Origin: Perna viridis
Lineage: Eukaryota
NCBI GenBank assembly: GCA_037379345.1
Contig: CM074511.1
Coordinates: 51,652,862 to 51,716,861, forward strand
Direction of reading: 5' to 3'
Length of the DNA stretch: 64,000 bases
Numbering within the stretch: position 1 is the stretch's first letter; each line of letters begins with the position of its first letter. The notes under the pieces are model-generated. The model did not search any database and had not been told where the DNA came from. It saw only the letters and a list, made by a program, of their open reading frames with translations. The translations under genes and the position numbers were made by a program. Below, piece after piece: positions 50,693 to 62,600 of the stretch.

Positions 50693-53600
50693 CTGGAAAA
50701 AAGAAAGACAGAATGTACCAGTATCATCCACATCTGTTGGCACAGCACAATAGAACAAAAAAAAATTATGGTAAACATTATTGAATTGCTCTTATTCCTA
50801 TCTGTTTTTTTAATTTCTTCTCTGTATGAAACAAATATTTAAAGAAAAGTTTAATATGAAGTCTTCATTTCCTGCAAAAAGTTTGGATAACCCAAAAGGT
50901 ATGTGTTGATGATCAAAACAACATCTTTTAACACCAAAGCATGATTTGAAGCTAACTAAACTTAGAGTACTCACCTAGCACCATCGACCATGGGTTTGGT
51001 ATTAGGTAAAACTTGTGCCATTAGTTCATAACAGGGTAGACATATACCAACTAAAAATCCAACCTGTAATTCAAAATATTACTAAGGAGTAATCATAGGA
51101 ACCAAGATTCTAGTGGAAAGCAAAAGAATGTAATCCAGGGACAATAACCAGACATGGAAAAAGTCAAACACATCAAAAAACATAAAGTAACTATATTAAT
51201 ATATACAAAGTAACTAAAGTAAATGAGCAACTCGGACTCCACTAAAAACTGGGAACATGGACCAGGTGCACCAGTAGGGTGAGATTTCTCTGCTAATTGG
51301 TGTGTAACCAAAACAAACAAAAAAAGCATACACAAGAAATTAACTACATCTTTAATAAACTAACAAGGTATTTCCCATTCCTAGTCAAATTAAAAAATAA
51401 ATTTACAAGATCTACTAATCATCATGTAAAACCTTGACATTCACCTCTGAGAAAGTAGGGTTGATGGAAAAACTATGAATTTAAAAATTACATACAAAGA
51501 TGAACTAACAACAGACTCATATCACTGCTTAGAGGGGCATGGAACTAAATATTTTAATAGAAATACTTATATACGTAGATACCTCTAAATGTGGCAGTTC
51601 ATCTTTTTTGTCTCTATCCATCATTGGTACCGGAGTTAAACCTTGTGATTTCTCTTCATCTCCCTAAAATTCCAGTCAATAACTATCACTACAATGATTT
51701 GTCTCCCTCACAATACTTCAAAAAAAGTTAGACAGCAACCACTTTTATACTGAGGAGGTCTAGGATTATTTAAAACAAAAAAATCAAAATTTCAAGCTTA
51801 AAACTTTTTTTTACCCAGCCACGGACAGCAAAAAATATGATACAAAATTTCCCCCATTTCTTAACAATGTAGATTTTCAAATAAAATATGCTACCTCTGG
51901 CTGCTGCACAAAAATACAAAAAAAAATCTGAACCAGCATCCCCCCCTCCTCCCTGTCCTCTGAGAAAAAAAAATTGTCTGTGTCTTAATTACCGTTCAAA
52001 CTTAAGGTGATCTTGACTTAAGCAAAATGGTGAAGTAAGAAACCTGCAATTTTTTTGTTCACAGATATCAAGAGACCATTCAAATTTTGTCACATGATAA
52101 CACTAATCTAAAAACCAAATACATGTACATGTATATTCAACCATTTCTAAGTCAATGGTCTTTACTCTTGGTAAATCAAAATAGAGCTATTATAATTAAA
52201 TATGTGTTTACCAGCTTTATTCCTTTAACAGAAAGGACCAAACTAATAGCTCTAGAATAATTTAACTTATTTAAAGCACAGCAAAAAAATGATTAAGATA
52301 TTTTATACTTTAAGTATTGATTTGTTGAGGAAAATTACTTTCAAATTGGTATGATCAAAGACACTATAATTAACATTTATTTTAGGTTATACATTTTCAT
52401 TGCTGTTATTGACCATGAAGTTTGTTGATCTCTTATAAGTTTTATGAAACACTTATTATTATCTGAATATATATTCTACTTAACAAAATATCAAAAGGTG
52501 ACAAGACATCAGCGCTTTGAATAAACATCAAAATGTCCATGCAATAAGCTTCAAAAAGGGAAAAATCAAATCATATTTTAAAGTGGAAATACACAGCAAA
52601 CTATATGATCATTTAAAATCCCAAACATTCACCTTAATCAAATACTATAATGATTCAACTTTTACTCATTACAAAACACAATCAAAAGTAACTGATCAAT
52701 TTCCAGAACGAAAGCTCAACTGTAGGAAAGATTTTAAGTTACTTTGGTCCACCTCTGTGGAACAATCTTCAAACAACAGTAAGAAAGTCCCAAAACTGCT
52801 AAAATTTTAAAACAGATTAAGATGCCATTTACTCAGCAAACAGAGTAGATGTTTTTGTGTGACCATGTTAGTGTGCATTTAAAAAAATGTATTATTGAAC
52901 TTTTATGTGTTTATTTTAGAGGGCTTCATGGAATATTAAAGTATCTACTAGCTGTGTTTCCCTCTGGTTAAAGTAATATTATTATTATTATTATTATTAT
53001 TCATCTATGAATAAATATGGCCAATACACCTAGATGCAAAAATGACAGTAGAATGACATCAGTACAAGAAGGCAACTTTAAATATTCAATGATCCATATC
53101 CCTACTATGAATCACAAGATACTACTATAATATTCTCATAACAAAAGCTCAATTCTTCTCAATATACTCATAACATCTATCAACTTCTCTTAGCAATGGC
53201 CAATAAATACATTAAACAAATTCTCCCAACAGTTTCCAATGCACTTGTAAAATTCTCCCAACAACAGCCAATGCTTTTATAAAATTCTCCTTAACAATAT
53301 CCAATTTACTTATGATATAACAAACCTGAAGCCAGAATTCCTCCATGATAACATTGACAACTTGAAGTTGTATATTCCAAGGTTTATACATAGAACATAA
53401 ATCACATGCAGTCATACTTATAGCCATCAATACATGCCTGGAAATATAGGGCAAACATAGCAGAAAATTATATAGAAAAAGGATTCTGTCTAGACATGTG
53501 TTCAATGAAAAGTGTTAGTATCAAAGGTCTTATAAAACTTTTAAACCTGGTGCTCCGAAACAGGCAAAATTAAATGTTTCTCCCTACAAAAAAGTATGTT

Positions 53601-56600
53601 TCGTCTTTTCAATAGTTCAAAAGGCTATAACGCCCTCAAGACAGGACTAAATCATTGTCTCCCCATCAAAGTGATGGATAAATAAACCAAACTTAAAATT
53701 AACTTGTTTAAATCATAAAGAATTTTGTATACTGGCAATAAAATTAAAATAATGGTAGATTTGGAGAAAGAAGCTAAAGCATATGAAAGATATTTCAGGG
53801 CTTAAACTTTTATACTACTGTTAAAGTTCTTTAATTTATGGATACCAATATTTGTGGATTAGAGAAGAAAAACAAATTTGTGGATTCTTGAATTCGTGGT
53901 TTCGAGGTTTTCCATATACACATCAATTGAAATCTCCTTATCCCTGGGAACCAAATTTCGTGTTTTTGCCTACCCATGAAAACCATGAAATCTGGTACCC
54001 CATGAATAATAGAATTTTCACAGTACCTTATTATGAACACATGGCTAACTAACTTGTAGGTAATTATCGTACAGTAAAAGCGCCTATGTTGTTTATGTCT
54101 GAAGAGGCCATATTTTTCGTATTAAAATTATCTTATTTGTTATTTGGAAGTAGAGAATATATGCTTGGGAACAAAAATTAAAAGTTCATGCAAAGCAAAC
54201 AGATATTTTCAAAAGAGTGAATAATGCAAGTTCAGCAGAACTAAATATAATTCCATGCAGAAATGTCATGCTGTGTGTCAATACCTGTTGATAGAATTCA
54301 TCAAATATAGTGTGCACAGTCTGAACTTGTATGTTCCATGGCTTAGAACTCGCACATAAGTCACAAGCAGTTATAGTTACTGATCGAAGTAATTTTCTGT
54401 AGTGGGATAAATTAGAAAATCTTTTTAAGTCTTAAAGCTTATTTTCGCAAGCATTTGAACTTTTATAAACAGCTAGCCTTTTTTCCCAAGACTAATTATA
54501 ATGAAAAGGTTTGGCAAGGGAATTCTGTTTTTTTAGTCAATTACCAATATCGAAACATGGTTAAAAAGTCCCATAAATATTATAACTGAAATGTACATTG
54601 TATACAAGGAAAACTCCTGTAAAATTTCACAATGCTTCCTTAGAATATCTCAACACCATCAGTAACTTAACATAGATTCTCCCGTATATAATGATTAGTA
54701 AACCAACAAACCTGTGCTCAGTGTTGTCCCATGAAAATTCATTTTTATCACACACTTCCTGAAGTCTGGCTCTGTTACCAAAAAATAAGGCTAAATCTGT
54801 TGCTAATATGCATTGTCTAATATCACCTAAGATCTAAAAATAATATGAAAAAGATAAAAATTAGTTGTCAATTTTATTAAATAATTCTGTAAGCATTGTT
54901 TCATTTTCTCCTCCAGATCTTCCATTGTTAAAAGTAGACAAAACTAATGAAAATCAACTTATTAATGTGAGTACTCATTTTCATGTTTCACATTTCAGGA
55001 TATCAATTCAATTTCGCTTTTATTTTCATGAACACTCTGTTTGGCATATAACGAGAATGGATATTGGGATATGTCAAAGAGATCCCATTGGGATGAAAAA
55101 TGTCACCCTAAGGCCACCCATGAGTCTAAATGTTGAGGAAAACCTCACACCAAATGGCAGGCTGCAGCTGGCTCCAATTAACTCCATTCTACTTTCTGTT
55201 CAGATGACCTTTCTGATCAGCCAATCACAGCATATTATTCAAAGGGAAAATCTCAAGGACTCTGAAAAGGTCATCTGAACAGATCGTAGAATGGAGTGTT
55301 GTTAGTCCTTACATGCCTTGACTCAATAGAACAACTGATTGGTCTAATTTTGATTAGATTGCAATATATTCAGGTGCAGTAAATTTTTTCAATGTGGAAA
55401 TTAAATTAATCATGGCAATTTATTTTTGAGATTTTTTTCTTATGCACAAATTAGACAGACATTATTGCTTGCAAAACTAGTAGAAAAAGGAACAGATATG
55501 GTGAAACACAACAAGTATGTTTACAGTAGTTTATATTGTTTTGATGCTAGAGGTTGTCTGGCAAGCTATTTCCTGACTAGGAGCAATCAGTGTATTGAAG
55601 AAGAGAATATAAATGTCATTTATTATAGGAGAAAGATTCTAACAAGATTTGGAGTTATCTATTCTACCTTTTTGAAATAGCTACTATTTGATTATAAAAT
55701 CATAGTTCTGATTTGTTCTAACATGACAAAAATTGTGAACTAACCTGTTTGTATTGATCAGATGTCAGATGCTTGAAAATATTATGGCCTTCATTCTGAA
55801 ATGACAGAAAATAAAAGAACATTGTTCCAATTTATTAAAAAGATATTGATTCATTGAGTTTAGCTGAAATGCACTATGAAAAAATGGTGGGAAAATTTTC
55901 CTGCACTTTTTCCCTATATAAGCAGTAAAAATATTGCAGGTCATAATGTGTACATCACAAATATCAAATTTGTTATAAAGAAAAATAAACCAGTTGGGGT
56001 TAATAAGTGCAAAATGCTAATTGTCACAGAAAGTAGGGTTGATGTATATCTAATGATAAATAAATTTAAAAAGCTTTTTGTTTGTTTTCTAGATGTAATG
56101 AATATATTTTAGGCAAAAATGATTAAATTGGGAAAAATGAAGTGCCATCCATTGCCTGATTCTTACGCAGAATGGTACTTAATTAGAAAGAGTGAAGAAC
56201 AAAGAAACGATCACCAAGTGATTTTACTTGAGTTATTCATGATAACCAATTGACTAACCTATCTGCTTATATATATTTTCTCAAAAATATTTTACTACCA
56301 GCAAAATTCTTAAATTTTTGTGATTGGACTATTGGTTTTAGTTGGTAGAGTGAAAATACAGAATTTATTTCACTAGTGATAAATTTTACTGGGGTATCAA
56401 AATTATTTACACGTAGGGAACATTGGATAATTCAGTGTTATCTATATAATAAGTATAATAATTTAGTATCTAGAACTAACTTGTAGAATTGTAACTGTAT
56501 GGTTGAAATGGTGGTGTTCCATTGTTGAGGTAGAATATATAGCTGCCAGTGGTGATGCACTCTTCACCATGAAGGCATTGGTCTTCCCACGGTGATCTAA

Positions 56601-59600
56601 GTCATGGCATAAACAGGCCACATACAAGGCCAAACACTACAAATAAATACAATACCATAAATATATCCAGTGTATCAATTCTTTTTACAGAAAAATATCC
56701 CTCATGACATATGCAATTTAACTGAAAAGAATTTATAAGAGACAGGTAATAAAACCACAAAAAAAACTCTACTTTTTGACCTACACAGCTTTTAATGTTA
56801 AGATAGAGTGCCTAGCTTATATACTATTATACAAACTACTCAAATAGTACATGTTTATGGCACAAAAAATGTTATCCATAACACACAACAATTTAGACCC
56901 AGTCATCTAGGACTGAAAAAATGACTTGACTGTATCATAATGACACATAATACTAACCTCCACAGGTGTGAAGCAATGTTTTGTTGTCTTAATCACAGTA
57001 TACACAGCATGTGCCACAGAGAAAGCATGGGCCCAATTATGATAGGGAACATTGCGGTAGTTTTTCTTCACAGTTAGCGTGAACCGGATCATGTCATCTA
57101 TATCATATCTAAAAGTATATAAATCCCTACTCTCATATTGACAGCTGTTTAGACAAGACATAAACACAGATATATCAGTGAAACCTGCCCAAACCTTATA
57201 AGAAGACAGAAAACTCCTTCCAAATAACTAACTTGTTTCAAGAATTTTAGGTTACATGGTTCAGACAAATTTCACCCATATATGCAATTATATGATCAAA
57301 TGTTATTCAGTGGTCTGGACACATCAAATTTATTCTGCATGGGCAGTAAATGGTGTATTTATACTAAAGCCTTAATGCAGTTCCCATTTTATAGCATAAA
57401 AAGCGGTGATAAGCACAAGTTGGCTATTCTTTGTTTGATTTCACTATCTAAATGACCTGTGATTGTGGAAGGCAGAGTAATGAGATCAAGTGAAAACAAG
57501 AAGAAATGGTTTTTTAAGATCGAGAGGTTTTACAATAAATGAATTCAATAAAGCTCTTCATGAGATTGTTTTTAACTGAGTTAACTACGGTATGTTTTAA
57601 ATACTTAAAAAAATGAAATACAAACATCTTTCGAATATCAAAAGTACAAACATTCATTCCCATTCTTTCAAAAATGCTCCTCTTCATAGAGGTTTAATTA
57701 TTACAACAAAACACTCATGCATATTGTTAAAAATTAAAGCAAAATGCAATCTCAGCTTAACAGAGATTTTAAACAACATCAAAATTTCTCTATCACTCAT
57801 GTTAACCACAATTCCACCAGTTATCAATTACTTTGTAAGTGTAAGTTATCAATTTATCTTTGTTTTAGGACAATAAAAAATGACTCATGGGCATTTTAAT
57901 TTTACAATGCTTAATCATGTAAAAAAAATACATATAATGATAAATGGCCATTAAAGCCCTGAGTTCTACATCTCCAAAATCCTCCTCGATATGTTAATGA
58001 GAGATATTTAAGTTCAAATATCTGCTGTTTTTATTTGTTACTCCCGTAGTGGTATTAATTCAATGTGGATCCTGAAAAATTCGAAAGATCTTCTGAAAAC
58101 CCTCAATTCAAGATTATTATCAGAATACAATAGCATTGAAACCTAGGATTTTCAACTCTGTATACTTCTATTCCCCATACTCAGTTAAAATCCTAACTGA
58201 AAACCATTATACATCGTTAGACAATATACCTAGACACAGATATGTACTATTTCATAGAGATTCTTCATACTTTGGAAAAAAAAATTCAAATCATCTTCCA
58301 TATATACCGAAAAAGAGGTTTTCAAAATGCTGGAATTTTTTACTGACAACATATTTGTCCAGTGTGGTGAACATTCCAATGGGAACAAATTAAGCTCCTC
58401 TTCTTGCTGTCCCATTCCTTCACTCTTATGAGGCTGACTTTATAGCTGATCTAATCCAAAGGAAGGAACATCATCTAGCCAGATCCTTTGATCTCAATTT
58501 CCGCTATATAGATGACGCATTATCATTAAACAATCCTAGTTTCAGGAGTTTTATACATCACATATCACAAGAACTTGAGATAAAGGATACTACAGAAACT
58601 GTGAAGTCAGCCTCATATCTTGACTAACACTTAGAGATCGATGGTAAAGTAAAACTATTGACTAAACTATATGACAAACATGATGACTTTTTATTCCGTA
58701 TTGTCAACTTTCCTTTCAGCTGCGGCAACATCCCATCACAACCTGCATATGGAGTTTTCATCACAACTCATACGTTATGCCATAGCTTGCTATATCCCTG
58801 CAGACTTTTTGTACCATGTAAGACTTCTCACAATTAGGCTTCTGGAACAGGGTTATGTTGCTACAAGATTGAAGTCATCACTAAAGAAGTTTAATGATTA
58901 TCATCATGAACTCATGGATTGTTATGGTGTATCCATCTTCACCATGCAAATCAATTTGTTCAATATGTCATAGTTTTCCTTCCCTCTTTGGTATACCCAG
59001 GATTTGATTATTTGATTTTTTATGAGCAACTCAGCAGGTGTTTCTAGAAAAGCAGAAGATGCTTACCATACTGGTGCACCTGGTCCATGCTCCCAATTTT
59101 TAGTGGAGTCCAAGTTGCTTATTTACTTCTGTTGCTTTGTATTTATTATTTTTGTTATTTTATGTTCTTTATTGTGTATGTATCTTGTTTTTGTCCCTGG
59201 ATTACATTTTTTTTATTTCCACTAGAATCTTGGTTCCCTTGATTGCCCTTTGTAAAGTTGGTAGATAGAGCCTTTGCCAAATTAAAAAAAAAATCTTAAA
59301 ATTACTTCTCCATCATGAAATCTCTGAAATGGGAAATATAAGACTGATATCAATACTTCAATAAGAAATTTTTGAGTTTTTTTTAAATAAGCACCTGGTA
59401 TGATTACTCAGTAAGTTACAATGAAACATTTAAATCTAATGAGATTTTAATTGTTAAGTTGTGCTAAGAATATCCCCATTCAACCATTTTCATTAAACAG
59501 GAAATAGATGCCAGTAAGTGAGGAATCTGGAAAGGGAGATACACAACTCATCATGCAAAATCAATGTACCAAATATCTAAGCATTCCTTCCAATAGAAAC

Positions 59601-62600
59601 AGAAAACTTCTATCATGCATCACCTAAAACATTGCTAAGTCATACAATAAATAAGAGGTAGATTAGTGAGTTACCTGGAAAGGAGAGATGTGGTACAAGT
59701 CATCAAGCAATTTACCAAATATCTAAGCATTCCTTCTGATAGAAACTGAAACTCTGTTATAGTAAAGGGTAATTGAGGAACAGAAAAAGACAAGGTGATT
59801 ACAGTCCTACTCTAATGAGTAGAAGTATTATTATGGTAAAGGCTCAGGCTGTTCATGAATGTATTATCCTGCACCTTTCATGCAAGTTATATCAGTGTGC
59901 ATTAATAACAACTATTTTATTGGCTTTGTCTTCTTAATTATATAAATTACTACCGATACATCTAACACAGATTATTTGGTATGCTCTTTCAGAACATATT
60001 TTTTTCTTATTAGTAGCATCTCAATAATATTTTATAACTTCAATCAACACATACAGTCTATATCTAAACTCAAAAAATAATCTCACTATTTACTTAAAAA
60101 TGACAGGATTTCAGATGTCACATCAGGTGAGGGAGACAATGTTTTGTATATGTGAACATTACAATGAAAAACCTTCACCAAGTCCAGATAGTTGAATTAT
60201 CTCCCCTAATAAATGGTCCAGCATAGTTTTTTTTCCTTATAAATATCTGTGGAATGTATCCGACTTCCAAACCTGCTAACTGCATGAAAAGCATATCAAC
60301 ATATCATTCACCGTATTGTCAACCCTTTGAAAACTTCCCTAAGGGAATCCATGCCATTAGGACTGGCATGTAGGAGCATGAATATAACCCAAATGAAAGA
60401 GAAACAAAAGAAAACAAAATTTCAAAGATTCCTGCAACATATGTATTCCTATATACTTTCAATGGTAATTTTAAGCTTCCATAACCACAATGGGGTCATT
60501 AGAGTGGCATCTATCAAAAGTGAACCGTTTGTAGAAGCCTTGAAAAAACTACTGTGAAGAATTTCGAACAAGGGCAAATACAGTTACAGAGGAGTCTAGT
60601 ACAACTCTGATCGTTGAAGTGGAACCAAAGGGGAATCATTCCTGGAAACTATACACCATTTCAGCTAAGTTTGATTACAACTGACCAAATATTGCTAGAG
60701 ATATAGGCTAAAATGTGTTTCCCACAGAGTTTAAGTTGCAAATTTAAGTGGCCACAGTCAGCATAGGTGCTATTCAAGGGAACATCAAAAGATAATCATT
60801 TACAGAAATTAACAACACTACAAAGTATCAAAACATTGGCATATGAGTTGAAATTTGGATAACAGAGGACACAGATTGTTTGTAGATGTCCTTCTATAGA
60901 TCATTCCTGCCAAAATTGGTTAGGACTGAACAAGTGGTTTTAAAGAAGTAAGAAAAACAAGGGAAAAGTTGACAAAAAAGTGATGATATAAGTTTAGCTG
61001 TACTTAAGTCCTAATGATCTTAATTGCAGCTTTATGCAATCTGACTGACATTTCAAAAATCAAATGACATCAGTTGAATCTAGATAAATAAAATGTGATT
61101 TGGAAAATAGCAAATGTCCAGGGCATTATTTGTAGGTAAATAATTAAATCTGTCTATTACAGGACTACCTACCAATAGCAGACTTGTAACTGCCAATGTG
61201 TGTACAAATTACTTACAGAGGCTTAAGCTTTGGACTACCAATAGCAGACTTATAACTGCCTATGGGTGTACAAATTTCTTATAGAGGCTTAAAAACATTG
61301 GACTACCAATAGCAGACTTATAACTGCCTATGGGTGTACAAATTTCTTATAGAGGCTTAAGCTTACCAATAGCAGACTTTTAACTGCCAAAGGTTATACA
61401 AATTTCTTATAGAGGACTATGGACTACCAATAGCTGACATTACTGCCAATGAGTATACAAATTTCTTATAGAGGACTATGGACTACCAATAGCAGACTTA
61501 TAACTGCCAAAAGTTATACAAATTTCTTATAGAGGACTATGGACCACCAATAGCAGACTTATAACTGCCAATGAGTATACAAATTTCTTATAGAGGACTA
61601 TGGACTACCAATAGCACACTTATAACTGCCAATGAGTATACAAATTTCTTACAGAGGACTATGGACTACCAATAGCAGACTTATAACTGCCACAGCTTAT
61701 ACAAATTTCTTATAGAGGCTTAAGATTTGTGCAAAACTAACAGCAGATTTATAACTGCCAAAAAGCTAAGAAAGAATATTCTCCCATATGCAGTTGAATC
61801 ATGATTCAACAGAAGGTACATATTCTTGCATTATCGAACAGTACATGTACATATCTACTAAAGTTTGTAGAAATCAACACATATGAATGAATATAGGGAA
61901 AGATAGTAACAACTGCATAATGGAGTATCTAGTAAACTAAAGAGAACAGTACAGCATTGCATACTACTGCAGTCTACAATCTTACTGGAATATTACCTTT
62001 TTTTTTAAATTAACAATTATTCTTAAGAACTCCTTATCAAGTTTTTTGCAAGATACCCATTGTTTTGAATCTCCTGTTAATTTGAAACCTTACACTTTAG
62101 TTTGAAAAAAAAGATATCACCACTTGATGTATATTTAAGTCATGTGGAATCCAATAATACCTTTTTTAACAGTATTTAGGGCCAACAATAGAAACTGATA
62201 GCTTTAGGTAGAGACATTTTAATAGATATTAATTTCCTAAAAAACATTACAATCAAATTAGTGAAAAAGGGCTTGTACTGTCATATGACCAAATGATCAT
62301 GTGAGTAAACATCACTACAGCTGACCCAAGATAACAAGTTGAATTATCTCCCCTAATAATAATAATAAAGAATAATGTTTTTCTTCAATAAGATTGTTAG
62401 TCAAAAGTAAGAAATTAGATAGCAGATCAGGTTATAACATGTGTGAAGAGAGAAAATGAGAAATGGATAAGTGAGTGATCCACTGCAAACAGTCTATTTT
62501 GTCTACCAGTGTGACTTAAATGGATATACCTTTTCTCATTTTCATTCCTTCTGCAAAAACACAATAAACAATCAAATAACTCTAAAAAAATATACTGATG

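Noticed and set aside
54865-55278. 137-aa plus-strand ORF
   Set aside because: TTG start; antisense within a PDE intron; runs through repeat fragments and the fold-back element.
58391-58393. Stop codon at the Cys position of PMGTN(C)AP in the Penelope-like RT, as a possible former selenocysteine codon (some Naiads are selenoproteins)
   Set aside because: The codon is TAA, not TGA; the copy has other disabling lesions; no convincing SECIS is visible.
61162-61760. Conserved blocks with short variable cores, superficially CRISPR-like
   Set aside because: Variable parts are only ~7-8 nt and recur; eukaryotic intron; no cas genes. Ordinary minisatellite.
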